Both the position numbers and the translations under genes were made by a program. From contig CAXSGP010000030.1 in the NCBI GenBank assembly GCA_964236955.1, positions 1-47,576 of the forward strand: DNA of 47,576 nt. The letters run 5' to 3'. This DNA comes from an uncultured Oligoflexus sp. GTDB lineage: Bacteria; Bdellovibrionota_B; Oligoflexia; Oligoflexales; Oligoflexaceae. Under the pieces are notes generated by a model. That model was not told where the DNA came from and did no database searches. It saw only the letters and a list, made by a program, of their open reading frames with translations. Below, in pieces: positions 8,813-19,288 of the stretch (position 1 is its first letter; every line of letters starts with the position of its first letter).

Positions 8813-9688
8813 TCAGAGCTGAGTGTCGCCACGAAAAATATGATGCTTCTTCTCAAACGCTTCGAGACAGTTGCTTAGAAGGTAGGCAATGGTCATGGGA
8901 CCCACACCACCAGGAACGGGAGTGATCCACGACGCTACTTTTTTAACCTCATCAAAATCCACATCACCACAGAGCTTGCCCTGATCGCGATGCATCCCGA
9001 CATCGATAACCACCGCTCCGGGCTTGACCCATGAACCCTTAACCAAACGCTTGGCTCCAGCGGCTGCCACAAGTACATCAGCCTGGCGGCAAAGCTCGGC
9101 GGGGGCCACGGTCGATGAATTGAGCGCACTTACTGTAGCGCCCTTATGACCCAAAAGACTGGCCAAGGGTGCTCCAACCAAAACAGAGCGGCCGATGACA
9201 ACCGCGCGTGCACCCCGAAGATCAACTCCGGTGGTGCGGATAAGTTCCATAATTCCCGACGGCGTGCAGGGTAAAAGACCCCGACGCTTCCAGGGAATTA
9301 AACCCTGATTGAAAGGGGTCAAGCCATCAACATCTTTTTCAGGGGATATGAGATCAATAGCGGCGTGGCTATTGAGGTGCCTTGGCAGAGGAAGCTGAAG
9401 AAGGATGCCATCGACATCCGCATCGGCATTGAGCTTCGCCAATTCCGCATTAAGCTGTTCCTGAGAAATGCCCTCGCCGAGATGGATCGCATGACTCCTG
9501 ATACCGACTGCGGCACAGGCCTTTTTCTTATGCCCGACATAGATCTCGCTCGCTGGATCGCCGCCAACCAAGACAACCGCAAGGCAAGGGGCGCGATATC
9601 CTTGAGAATTAAGAGCGGCAATTCGTTCCTTAATCGTCTCTTTAAGGGAGCGGGCTATAGCCGTACCATCGATCAATCGCGCTGTCAT
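8813..9688 (-). CDS. folD: Bifunctional methylenetetrahydrofolate dehydrogenase/cyclohydrolase
   Basis: LAVVLVGGDPASEIYV, GILLQLPLP, EKDVDG, PCTPSG, VIGRSVLVG, VIDVG, ITPVPGGVGPMTIA. Confidence 0.97.
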   Translation of the reverse strand: MTARLIDGTAIARSLKETIKERIAALNSQGYRAPCLAVVLVGGDPASEIYVGHKKKACAAVGIRSHAIHLGEGISQEQLNAELAKLNADADVDGILLQLPLPRHLNSHAAIDLISPEKDVDGLTPFNQGLIPWKRRGLLPCTPSGIMELIRTTGVDLRGARAVVIGRSVLVGAPLASLLGHKGATVSALNSSTVAPAELCRQADVLVAAAGAKRLVKGSWVKPGAVVIDVGMHRDQGKLCGDVDFDEVKKVASWITPVPGGVGPMTIAYLLSNCLEAFEKKHHIFRGDTQL

Positions 9689-9819
9689 CGTGGGTCACCT
9701 TTAAACTGAGAGAAAAAAACGAGGGCATCTTGCGCCGAATTATAGATCAGCGACAAAGAAGTGACAAGTCTCTCAGCTCTCTTGATTTTACGAAGAACCC
9801 TGATTTCGACAAAAGTGAA

Positions 9820-11067
9820 TTATTCTAGCAAAGTTTGACAGGCATCCTGCACCGACATGATGAGGTTGAGGTCTCCCGACCCTTCCGCGCCGATCGAATC
9901 CCCTGCAAATCCTAGATGTTTCTTCTGAACATGCGCAACATCAACCTTTTCAAACCACTTATATTCAGGCGGATGAATACTATGAGTCCATCCGACCGAA
10001 AGGAGGGCCAGATGCTCGCCGCCTTCCGTGCCGAGTTCGGGATAAAGGGTGGCCAGTTTTTTACGGGCCCTCCTAAGCCTTTTGATCGTCTTGCCAACGG
10101 CAGGAGCCTGGACAGTGAGTTCATAATTTAAAGGCGCTTGAAAGCAGATTTGGCCCGGTAGACTCATGACCTGCACATCCTCAGCGGTCACAAACAAAAC
10201 ATCGGGCAGACCTTCAAAAGGATTTAATTCCGAAAGCATCACCAAACTTACCGGCTTGGTTTTGGTCGCAATATTAAGCAATCGTGAGGGCCAAAGGTCT
10301 TTCGGCAGCCACTGTATCGTCTCCCATGGACTTTGAGCGACGAGCAGCCGCGGGCTTTGAAAAGTCCCCGCGGTACTGGATACCGTCCACATTTTATCTT
10401 CGTATTGGGCAGCCATGATCTGGGCGCGCGTCAGGATTTGCAGACGGTTTTCAAAACGAAGATTTGCCAGCATGTCTTCAAAAAGCAGATCCCAGCGACC
10501 CGTCCAGAGTCCTCTGCGAGCCGCGCGAAACCCATTCTGCAAGGGCCGGATGCTACTCCCCGTCAAATCAGGGACACCCCAAAAATGGGCCAGCTGTTCC
10601 AGAGGCACCAAAGCCGCGCTTTTGCGATCACCCTTCCAGAGTTGATGAACAGCCTCTTCACTGGGAGCAGCGCCCAGGAGTTGTTCGATCGCCGGCCAAT
10701 CCTTGGTGGCAGCACCACCGGCAATGGCCCTTGCCATATCTACAGTTGTAAGCTGATCGAATGACAGCTCTTGTATCTTTTGGCCTATCATCACACCAAG
10801 CGATCGCAAGGGCCGGACCATCTCCCCCGCGTTTTCTCGGCCTAACGACGCCATAATAAAATCGTAAAGTTCGGAGGACGCCGACTGCAGGCCGCACGAC
10901 CTTGATCCTTCACTCGCCAGGCTGGGTCGCATACGCCCTCCATGCCAGGGCTCGCGTTCGAGCAATGTAAATGTCCACTCAGGCCTTTCGCGACTCAGTC
11001 GATGCAAGGCGAGCAAACCGGCCAGGCCAGATCCAGCAATAGTGACATCGCTTGAACCTATCATCAT
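9820..11067 (-). CDS. Divergent FAD/NAD(P)-binding oxidoreductase-like protein
   Basis: N-terminal dinucleotide-binding motif VTIAGSGLAGL...LLEREPWHGGR; C-terminal FAGDS; GAGGAGG RBS before ATGATG at 11067/11064. Confidence 0.65.
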   Translation of the reverse strand: MMIGSSDVTIAGSGLAGLLALHRLSRERPEWTFTLLEREPWHGGRMRPSLASEGSRSCGLQSASSELYDFIMASLGRENAGEMVRPLRSLGVMIGQKIQELSFDQLTTVDMARAIAGGAATKDWPAIEQLLGAAPSEEAVHQLWKGDRKSAALVPLEQLAHFWGVPDLTGSSIRPLQNGFRAARRGLWTGRWDLLFEDMLANLRFENRLQILTRAQIMAAQYEDKMWTVSSTAGTFQSPRLLVAQSPWETIQWLPKDLWPSRLLNIATKTKPVSLVMLSELNPFEGLPDVLFVTAEDVQVMSLPGQICFQAPLNYELTVQAPAVGKTIKRLRRARKKLATLYPELGTEGGEHLALLSVGWTHSIHPPEYKWFEKVDVAHVQKKHLGFAGDSIGAEGSGDLNLIMSVQDACQTLLE

Positions 11068-11186
11068 CCTCCTCTCAAATGAGACAAGCCGGCTTTGACT
11101 GGCTCTGGGCTTTAACTTGCGAGCCATGGCTTGTCTTCATAGGCAACGGCAAGTACACTCCGCGTTTTACCATGTAGGTGTTCAAG

Positions 11187-12122
11187 ATGGAATCTCTTCT
11201 CATCGCCCGCAATTTGAGAAAGAGTTTTGGTTCGCTAAACGCCGTCCAGGACATAAGTCTTGAGGTAAAAGCCGGCGAATGTCTGGCCCTCTTGGGTCCG
11301 AATGGTGCGGGCAAAACGACAACCGTAGAAATGCTGGACGGCCTTGTGGCACCGGATCAAGGCAGCATAACGATCTTTGGCAAAGACCTCAGAAAAGAGC
11401 GGTCCGCCATCATGCAAGAGGTGGGCGTGATGCTCCAGGACACTCAGCTCTACAAACGCATGAGCGTTCGTGAAACCCTGGCGCTCTTTGCCAGTTTCTT
11501 TAAAAAATCGATGGCTGTTGATGAAGCGATCGCAATGGTTGAACTGCAGGACAAAGCAGATACCTATCTCGTCAAACTATCCGGCGGACAAAAGCAAAGA
11601 GCCTATCTCGCCTGTGCCCTCATCAATGACCCCCGACTCCTCTTCCTGGACGAACCTACCACAGGGCTTGACCCGCAGGCCCGCCGCCTGATTTGGGATC
11701 TCCTGCTTAAACACAAGACGCGTGATCGCAGCATTTTGCTTACGACTCATTATATGGACGAAGCGGAAAAACTCGCCGATCGGGTCGCCGTGATCGATCT
11801 CGGCAAAATTATCGCTGAGGGAACGCCTAAGGCCTTAATTGAAAAGGTCTGTGGCCAGCAGATCCTTTGCTTTCGTTTTGCTGGCGAAGGTCGGTATGAT
11901 GACAAGTTCGCGCTTATGGCAAACGAAATCCCCTGGTTAAAAGCTGCGGTTCGTAGCGGTGACAATTATGAATTGATCGCAGGTGATCAGGTGACCCGGC
12001 TCACCGAACTTTGTCGCGAGAGTGATCGGCGCGGCCTGGTCCTGGATCAATTGGAATTGCGCCGCTCCACTTTGGAAGACGTCTTTATCAAACTGACTGG
12101 AAGGAGCATGAGAGATGCTTAA
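11187..12122 (+). CDS. ABC-2-type exporter ATP-binding protein
   Basis: Walker A GPNGAGKTT, signature LSGGQKQR, Walker B LFLDEPTTGLD, TTHYMDEAE. Confidence 0.95.
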   Translation: MESLLIARNLRKSFGSLNAVQDISLEVKAGECLALLGPNGAGKTTTVEMLDGLVAPDQGSITIFGKDLRKERSAIMQEVGVMLQDTQLYKRMSVRETLALFASFFKKSMAVDEAIAMVELQDKADTYLVKLSGGQKQRAYLACALINDPRLLFLDEPTTGLDPQARRLIWDLLLKHKTRDRSILLTTHYMDEAEKLADRVAVIDLGKIIAEGTPKALIEKVCGQQILCFRFAGEGRYDDKFALMANEIPWLKAAVRSGDNYELIAGDQVTRLTELCRESDRRGLVLDQLELRRSTLEDVFIKLTGRSMRDA

Positions 12123-13164
12123 CCGAAGCATGGTTGAACAGATCAAATGCCGATGGCGGGAATTCAGACGCGAGCCCTCGGCCTTTTTTTGGGTGGTATT
12201 TATGCCGGTCATCTGGATGCTGGCCCTTGGTTTTGCCTTTTCCAAGCCACGGCCTGAGACCTATGGCGTTGGCTGGCAGGCCCCACTCGCGCCCAGCGCC
12301 TGGACCTCGTCGCTTCACGATGCGCTTGCTCAGGATAAGCAACTGAAGCTGCGCGAAGGCGATGCCGAAGAGTTGCAGACCCGTATGAAGCGCGGAGAAA
12401 TAGGCCTTATCGTCACGAGCAAAGCCGACCTCGCGGTAACGTATGCCCTGGATCAAAACAATCCTGAGGCCGTGCGGGCTGAGAAATATACAGATGACCT
12501 CATCCAAAGATTGGGAGGGCGACAGGATACGATTCAAAAAGATAGGCAAGCCGTTGGGGTGGAAGGCGGGCGCTACGTTGATTTTCTGATCCCCGGTCTC
12601 TTGGGCTTAAGCATCATGACTTCCAGCCTCTTTGGCATTGGCATGACCATAGTATCCAACCGCAAGGAAAATCTCCTCAAGCGTTACCTTGCCACCCCCA
12701 TGCGGGCCTATGAATACATCGTTTCCCATATGTTTGGACGGATGATGATACTTGTCGCTGAGTTTGTCGCCGTGATGCTTACGGGTTTTATCATCTTTCG
12801 GTTCAAGGTCTACGGCAGCTTCTTGAATTATTTCCTATTTGCCATCCTGGGCGCAGCGTCCTTTACTTCGATCGCCTTGCTTTGCGCGGCCCGGACGCGC
12901 AGCATTCCCATGATTTCCGGACTTACCAATTTGATCTCACTGCCGATGATGATGCTGTCGGGTGTCTTTTTCTCTAAAAATAATTTTCCTGACTGGTTGG
13001 CGACAGCTACGGCTTACCTGCCTTTGACGGCACTCAACGATGGGTTGCGGCGCATTGCTTTGGAGGGCCAGCCCTTGCAAAGCCTTGGGTTTGAGATAAC
13101 CGTTTTATCGGCTTATCTGATAATTCCCGCCATCGCGACTCAAAAATTGTTTAAGTGGTATTGA
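12115..13164 (+). CDS. ABC-2-type exporter permease
   Basis: REPSAFFW start, YVDFLIPGLLG, LKRYLATP, LSGVFF, LPLTAL; multiple TM helices; overlaps the ATPase stop. Confidence 0.93.
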   Translation: MLNRSMVEQIKCRWREFRREPSAFFWVVFMPVIWMLALGFAFSKPRPETYGVGWQAPLAPSAWTSSLHDALAQDKQLKLREGDAEELQTRMKRGEIGLIVTSKADLAVTYALDQNNPEAVRAEKYTDDLIQRLGGRQDTIQKDRQAVGVEGGRYVDFLIPGLLGLSIMTSSLFGIGMTIVSNRKENLLKRYLATPMRAYEYIVSHMFGRMMILVAEFVAVMLTGFIIFRFKVYGSFLNYFLFAILGAASFTSIALLCAARTRSIPMISGLTNLISLPMMMLSGVFFSKNNFPDWLATATAYLPLTALNDGLRRIALEGQPLQSLGFEITVLSAYLIIPAIATQKLFKWY

Positions 13165-13182
13165 CGTTTATTATAAAACCGG

Positions 13183-13216
13183 GGATGACCCTCTGGGTGG
13201 GGCCATCCTTTTTTTT
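13183..13216 (+). terminator. Intrinsic terminator between convergent genes
   Basis: GGATGACCC-loop-GGGCCATCC followed by T8. Confidence 0.65.
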
Positions 13217-13219
13217 GCC

Positions 13220-15901
13220 CTATGCTGCAAGGCTCTGACGCCTCGACAAGGGAAAGGTAAAGGTAAATTTCACGTCACAATACCCTTCCAATCCCTCAAA
13301 GATAGCAATATCGATCATCCCCCCTCGCAATTTTAGAATCTCATTCACAGCGTCCAGGCCAACCCCCCGGCCTGAAACCTCAGACACTCTTTCGGCAGTC
13401 GAAACCGCCGTTCGAAAAATGGTTCGGGCTTTATCAAGCTGCGATAGCGAAGTGAAATCAATGTGAAGATCCTGAAGTTTCTTTTCGAGCCGCTCCCAAT
13501 TCACGCCGACACCGTCATCAAAAAGCTCAATATTCAAGATGCCGTCATGTTCGATCGCAACGATAGAAATCAGACCTTTTTCAGGCTTGCCGTTTCTAAG
13601 CCGGTTTTCCGGGCTTTCAATACCATGGTCTATGCTGTTATTGATCAAATGGATGAATATGTTCTTCAAGGCATTGGCATCGTCCTTGCTGAGCATATGC
13701 TCGTTCGCCACCAGACTGATATCAGGCGGCTCCTTACTTAAGTTGCGGGCGAGGGACACGGCATCGGATTTCACCTCCTCTACGAGCAGCTGCATGTCGA
13801 TGTATCCCTGAAGACTCGCGTGGATCTTTGAGAGGAGGCGGACATCCTCGCGACCTTTTAGCATTTGAGCCTTATTCAGAAAGCGTTCAATCTCAGGACG
13901 CATGCGAGCCAGTAGGTTTTCTGTGTAAGAACTACCCTTGTTGGATACCGACTCGTCAAAGACCTTTTTATATCTTTCAAGCTCGAGCATAACCAGCCGC
14001 AAATCTCCCAGGATCTCCTCTCTATTCCATCTGAGAGCGGTATTGGACCGGAGAGCCGAGAATTTATGCTCGACATTGTGCACCTGGGTGCAGAGGAAGG
14101 TATAGCCCAGAGTTCGGGCGTTCCCTTTGATCGTATGGAGTATCCGGAAGATGCTATTGATGCAGTCTTCATTCCGTTCCAAAGTCTTATCGATGAGGTA
14201 GAGGGCCTCTTTCATGCCGGATTCTGCATAGCTGAGGAAAGGCTTGAACCGATAGGAACCCGCACGGATGATTTGATAAATGAGTTCAATCGCCTGCGAC
14301 TGTATTGCCGCCTGATCACGCAGAGCTCTCACCTCGGTCACATCACGAACCGTAACGAGGACACGTTCGACCACACGCTCGTCATTGATCAGAGGATTCC
14401 ATTCGATTTCGATGTGCTTGTCTTTGTCTCCGGGCGACGAAAGGGTTGCTTCATTTACCAGGAGGCTTTGATTGAAGGCATAGTTCAGCTCATCTTCACC
14501 CAATATCGTATCCAATGCTGAGTCGAGCTGGGACAGGACATCGGTACTGAGCCCCGAGTTGGCAAACATGACTTTAACGGCGTTTTCCTCCGCGATATCT
14601 GAGGAACCGAAGATTTCTTCCATATACCTTGAGTATTCACTGTGGATCAATTTCTTCGGCATGACCGTAAAAATGCCGAGCTTGACGTTTTGCAGCATCG
14701 AAGTAAGATCGTTGGTCTTGCGGGCAAGATCTTTGGTCCGAATCTGTACCGTTTTCTCCAGGTTCCGATTTTGCGCTTCGATCGTCTCCACCATATGGAT
14801 ATGATCAAGACGAATGGCCACCGTCCGGGTCAAGGTCTCAAGAAATGAAGACTCGGCCTCACCGACTTCACCTTCAATCGCCGATGGTGCCAAGAGCAGG
14901 CCATAGCATTGCCCCTCCTCATCCATAACAGGGAGGTAGGCGCACGATTTCTGCTGGTAGCTTGCCATAAGCACCGAGCGAAGGGCTAAAGCCCTTAGGA
15001 CTTCTTTATTATCGGCGGCTAGGCTGTCACCGAATTCAGTCGACGCGGATTCTCCATAAATATTGGCCAGGGCAAAACTGCGATCGCCTTTGCGATAGTT
15101 ATAAAATGCTGATGCCTCGGCCAATAATTTGATCTGAGAGGCTTTGGCGATGAGCTGATAGATTTCGTCTGGTTTGCTTATGGTATTTATCTTTTGACCC
15201 AGCTCATTGAGTAGCTTTAAATCCGCGATCTTGGCTCGAATGGAATCACGCATCGAGCTAAAGCGGTCGGCCAGCTGTCCTATTTCATTGTCTTGGCTGA
15301 TCTTAAATTCAAACTCAAGATTGCCCTCTGCCAGTTCCGTGGCGCCCGAACCTAAGAGGCCAAGTGGATCCCTAACCGTCTTCGAAACGATGCGCGAAAT
15401 AAGGAGAGCTAAAAAAAGGATAACCCCAAATCCCAAACCAATCATCAACGAGAGGCTTTCGATAATGCTGGCTTTAATGACAGTCAATGAAAACGCAACA
15501 TTCATCTTGCCTATCGCCTGCCCCTCTCTTTTAACAGCGGCAGACTCGCAGTGATAATTGCCGCTCAAACAAACTTTATCAAAGCTGTCCTTATTATCAT
15601 CCTTTGCCGATCGGTATAACTGAGTTCCCTTGGTATCGAGCAATTCGTAGTAATAAATATCGGGATCTTCAAGCAGGGCATTGTTAAATTCGCCCATGGT
15701 TTCCTCGTTCAGGTTCCAGAGGGGATCACTGATCGACTTCGACATGAGATTAAGGGTTGTCTTAGCCTTACTGGTCAGGCTTTGATACGCCGACTGATAC
15801 TGATTGTAAGAGACTGTCCCTGCAATTATAAGTACACCTGCTGTAAGACACAGCAGAATCTGACGCTTCAAAAGAGTCGATAAACTGGAAAATTTTTTCA
15901 T
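13220..15901 (-). CDS. Membrane-anchored CheA-like histidine kinase (2 TM, HAMP, GAF-like, PAS-like, Hpt, HATPase; no CheW domain)
   Basis: HAMP (LAEGNLE...NEIGQLADRFSSM), Hpt FRILHTIKGNAR, N-box HLINNSIDHGIE, G1 DDGVG, G2 VSEVSGRGVGLDAV; the protein ends after the ATPase domain. Confidence 0.85.
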   Translation of the reverse strand: MKKFSSLSTLLKRQILLCLTAGVLIIAGTVSYNQYQSAYQSLTSKAKTTLNLMSKSISDPLWNLNEETMGEFNNALLEDPDIYYYELLDTKGTQLYRSAKDDNKDSFDKVCLSGNYHCESAAVKREGQAIGKMNVAFSLTVIKASIIESLSLMIGLGFGVILFLALLISRIVSKTVRDPLGLLGSGATELAEGNLEFEFKISQDNEIGQLADRFSSMRDSIRAKIADLKLLNELGQKINTISKPDEIYQLIAKASQIKLLAEASAFYNYRKGDRSFALANIYGESASTEFGDSLAADNKEVLRALALRSVLMASYQQKSCAYLPVMDEEGQCYGLLLAPSAIEGEVGEAESSFLETLTRTVAIRLDHIHMVETIEAQNRNLEKTVQIRTKDLARKTNDLTSMLQNVKLGIFTVMPKKLIHSEYSRYMEEIFGSSDIAEENAVKVMFANSGLSTDVLSQLDSALDTILGEDELNYAFNQSLLVNEATLSSPGDKDKHIEIEWNPLINDERVVERVLVTVRDVTEVRALRDQAAIQSQAIELIYQIIRAGSYRFKPFLSYAESGMKEALYLIDKTLERNEDCINSIFRILHTIKGNARTLGYTFLCTQVHNVEHKFSALRSNTALRWNREEILGDLRLVMLELERYKKVFDESVSNKGSSYTENLLARMRPEIERFLNKAQMLKGREDVRLLSKIHASLQGYIDMQLLVEEVKSDAVSLARNLSKEPPDISLVANEHMLSKDDANALKNIFIHLINNSIDHGIESPENRLRNGKPEKGLISIVAIEHDGILNIELFDDGVGVNWERLEKKLQDLHIDFTSLSQLDKARTIFRTAVSTAERVSEVSGRGVGLDAVNEILKLRGGMIDIAIFEGLEGYCDVKFTFTFPLSRRQSLAA

Positions 15902-16396
15902 CGTCGGACCTTTCCTGAAACGAGCCGCCTTATTCTAATAACCATGACGAAGGATTAGCGAATAAATGATCTCGAATTAAATCGACAAGTTGTCTCTCAG
16001 TTGCCCTATCGTGGCAATTTTAGTTTTCCTGAGGCAAAAATCCTAACTGGCTATAAAAATTAGCTATTCGTTTTCAGATATAGAAAATTTTACCTATGAT
16101 TTCGCGACTCTTTCCCGGCAGAAACCGCTTACCTTCAATTGTGCTCAAGGCAATCAGATCCAGGGTGTGAGAGAAGAGGTGGCTTCTTCTGGCTGGCGCC
16201 TTGCGAATATAAATGGACCTCTGCCTATCAGCGGGAACGATGAGCTGGCGAAGATCTATCGTCCCGGTGGGCAATCTTTGCTAAAAATTTATCAAGAACC
16301 CTTCGGCTCTTCTTAAAGAATTGTTCGAACATTAATCGCATTTTCCCGTCAAAGAATTATACATCCGGCATCACGAGAGCCCGCTTAGGAGTGGCC

Positions 16397-19177
16397 ATGC
16401 CAATTCATTCGAGACTGTGCGACCGTTGGAAAAACTTTGGGGCTTATAGCCTCTTTCTTGCCATTCTAGTCACCCTATCGTGCCGCTCACGTCCCGATGT
16501 CCAAACAGAACCCGTAGGTCAGGCAACAGCCGGCAAAGCGGTCAAATCCCCAGCTCCCGTCATGAATGAAGCGGCTGCTGCCCAAGGGCTTGCTAGCTCT
16601 GCGACGCCCGGCCTGGCTCTGTCGCCGAGCTGTGCGTTACCCAAGTCAGCCAAGACTTTCGCATTGAGTGCTCCCGATGCCGCGCAGGCAGGCACTGTAA
16701 AAATTTCCTTTGACGAGCTTCGACAATCGGTCAACTCTTCCTGCAAATCCTGTCACCTGGCTCCTGCTTCAAGCTCGGGCGGATTTAGCTATCAGGACCA
16801 GCTCATGGGCGGTGAAATCATTGTCGGCGACAGCAGGGTCAACGTCCGGGGTTTCTTTGAAGCGGCGGAGCCTATGCGGGACGCACTCCTGTCAGGCACC
16901 ATGCCTCCCAAAAATATCAGGGAGAAAAATCCTGAGGCCTATCTAGCTTTGGGAAAGAGTATCGATGCCTGGATTCAAAGCGGTAAAAACGCCGGCGAGC
17001 TGTCCATCCCTAATGCTGCTGCGTATCCGGCGGCTATGTGGGGCCGCCTCGAAAATATGACTATGACCGATCTTGGCAACTGTTTGCCGAAGGCGGATCA
17101 AGGCATCGGTACGGATCCAGTTCGGGACTATTATTTTGAGCAGACCAAGACCTTACCCGACCTACTTACCGATACCGATCTATCGACGATGGAAGGGCAG
17201 GCGTTGAGTGAAAAAGGCACGATTGCCTATGACGTCGAGTACCCTCTTTGGAATGATCATGTTCAAAAATTGAGACAGATTCATCAACCGGCGCGCATCA
17301 AAGAGGACAGAACCTTCGCCCCGAAACCCCTGGACATTCTGGTCAAGGACAACATTTCTGAACCGATTTTCGATATTCCGGAAAACACCCGCTTTTACAA
17401 AACCTTCTTTCGGGGCGTGAAGGAACTTGACGGCACGAACCATTTTAAGCCCGTGGAAACACGCATCATCGTCACGCGCAACGCCCCCCGAAAGCCTCTC
17501 TTCGGCACCTATATCTGGCGGGACGATGGCACGAATGCTGATCTACTGAAAGATCCCTATCGCGATGGAACGGCCTGGAGAGATCATACGGTGGCCCTGG
17601 ATTTTAATCGTCAAAAAGGCACGAAACGCAGCTATCTCGTGCCGGCCCGTCACCGCTGTGAACAGTGCCATCAGGGTGCTCCCGGCGAAAATTTTGTTCT
17701 TGGCTTTACGCCTCTGCAAATCAATCGCCGGGATGTTGGGGAAGCCGGGCGTGATCTGCCGGTCAATGAAGATGAATTGAATCAGGTAAAGCGCTTGGTA
17801 GCTTATGGTCTGCTTACTGATGTGACGGCTGCAAATCTTCCCAAGCTCGAATATTTCCCCTCGAATCACATCCTCAACGACCCTACCGTCCGGGCTCAAG
17901 GGTATATGGTAGGAAACTGTTCGCATTGCCACAACCCGAAAGGATTTGCCAAGACTGAAGGCAATATTCCCATGAATTTGAGCGCCGGAAAGATCTATGA
18001 CTTTGACACCAACCTCAACTCAACGTTCTTCTCGAACAAGAAGATTATCAATCATGAAGGTAAACTTGATCAGAGCTATCTTTTTCACAGGGTCGCAGGG
18101 TCTGATGCTGAATTAAAGCTTGAGAGCCGTATGCCCCTCCACAGTACGGCCTCACCCGACTGCCGCGTCGTCAAGCTCTTCTCGCAATGGATCAAGACCT
18201 ACGATGTCAGCATGAATAATTTCGAAATCGATAATTTTAAGGTCGCCAATGTCTGTACCGACGACAATGACTATGACTCAGGCGAAGTCACCATTCTTGA
18301 ACAGGACCCTACGGAAGCAGGGGGCCCTTATCAACCGCGCCGCTCCGATTGGAACGATGCGAGTTCAGGGATGGATGCTTGGTTTAAATCGCTTCGCTTT
18401 GACTCGGGCCTTCAAGGTCTAACCCAAACTTCCTATGCCGTTGACTGGTGGCAGGCCAAGCCCGTTTGTAAGTTTCCTGAAGCAAGCCTCGAGGAAGGCA
18501 AAATGAAGGACTGGATGCTTAAACCAGGCACCAAAGATCCGCTCCGTCCCCTAGGCCAACTCTATTGGAGCACAGCCGGCGCGTATTTTTACAATCTAAC
18601 CTGCACCAAGTGTCATGGACGCGTCGGCGAAGCCGATGGCCCTCTTGCCGCAAACCTTGATAAATGGTCGGGTGGCACCATCCGCGTCGCAAACTTTAGA
18701 AAAGGCCTGTTTGGAGGTGGCGGTGAGAACTTGAAACAATTCCAGCAAGCCATAGATGGGCAAAGTGTGGATTTGAGCGCAAATTATTTTATCTGGATGG
18801 CCTATGAAGGGACCAAGATGAACCCTCCGCCTCAGGTCGCCGATTTACTGGGAAATAACAAAGCTCAAATGCTGAAGACTCTCATCGATCGCTGCGCGCG
18901 GCAGATTCCCAGCAACCCCAAAGCGACCAAAGCCTACTTTCGCGACTACGATGTCTTCAATGATATTTGTACCTACAAGAACTGGCCCACGACCGATCCG
19001 CGCTTGCAGTATGACCTTGAAACGGGAGAGCCGCTGCAGCCTGAGGAATTGAATAGGTGGCTAAAACAGGCCGCCGCCAACACCGGTTGGGCGATCTATG
19101 ACTATGTGCGCACCACGTTGGCGAAAGGGCACCAGCAATTCCCTCAAACCGAATGCGAAAACAATTTTGCTCCGTGA
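16397..19177 (+). CDS. Multiheme c-type cytochrome lipoprotein (4 CxxCH) with an SO2930-like diheme core
   Basis: Lipobox VTLSC; motifs CKSCH, CEQCH, CSHCH, CTKCH; core YPLWND..K.R, FYKTF, VETRII, TYIW, GNCSHCHNP, SYLFHRV, RMPL. Confidence 0.8.
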   Translation: MPIHSRLCDRWKNFGAYSLFLAILVTLSCRSRPDVQTEPVGQATAGKAVKSPAPVMNEAAAAQGLASSATPGLALSPSCALPKSAKTFALSAPDAAQAGTVKISFDELRQSVNSSCKSCHLAPASSSGGFSYQDQLMGGEIIVGDSRVNVRGFFEAAEPMRDALLSGTMPPKNIREKNPEAYLALGKSIDAWIQSGKNAGELSIPNAAAYPAAMWGRLENMTMTDLGNCLPKADQGIGTDPVRDYYFEQTKTLPDLLTDTDLSTMEGQALSEKGTIAYDVEYPLWNDHVQKLRQIHQPARIKEDRTFAPKPLDILVKDNISEPIFDIPENTRFYKTFFRGVKELDGTNHFKPVETRIIVTRNAPRKPLFGTYIWRDDGTNADLLKDPYRDGTAWRDHTVALDFNRQKGTKRSYLVPARHRCEQCHQGAPGENFVLGFTPLQINRRDVGEAGRDLPVNEDELNQVKRLVAYGLLTDVTAANLPKLEYFPSNHILNDPTVRAQGYMVGNCSHCHNPKGFAKTEGNIPMNLSAGKIYDFDTNLNSTFFSNKKIINHEGKLDQSYLFHRVAGSDAELKLESRMPLHSTASPDCRVVKLFSQWIKTYDVSMNNFEIDNFKVANVCTDDNDYDSGEVTILEQDPTEAGGPYQPRRSDWNDASSGMDAWFKSLRFDSGLQGLTQTSYAVDWWQAKPVCKFPEASLEEGKMKDWMLKPGTKDPLRPLGQLYWSTAGAYFYNLTCTKCHGRVGEADGPLAANLDKWSGGTIRVANFRKGLFGGGGENLKQFQQAIDGQSVDLSANYFIWMAYEGTKMNPPPQVADLLGNNKAQMLKTLIDRCARQIPSNPKATKAYFRDYDVFNDICTYKNWPTTDPRLQYDLETGEPLQPEELNRWLKQAAANTGWAIYDYVRTTLAKGHQQFPQTECENNFAP

Positions 19178-19200
19178 AGATATCTTCACGAAAACTTCAC
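19173..19200 (+). promoter_or_regulatory. Perfect 18-bp palindrome overlapping a Pho-box-like direct repeat
   Basis: CGTGAAGATATCTTCACG (19173..19190) is self-complementary; CTTCAC occurs at 19184 and 19195 (11-bp period), upstream of a PstS-like gene. Confidence 0.45.
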
Positions 19201-19288
19201 TGTATATTGGTTTGATTGTCCTAACCAAAATCGTTAGTGCTTAGCGAGAGAACTCAAATTCTCGCAAGCTAAATCCAAGGGAGTTTTT

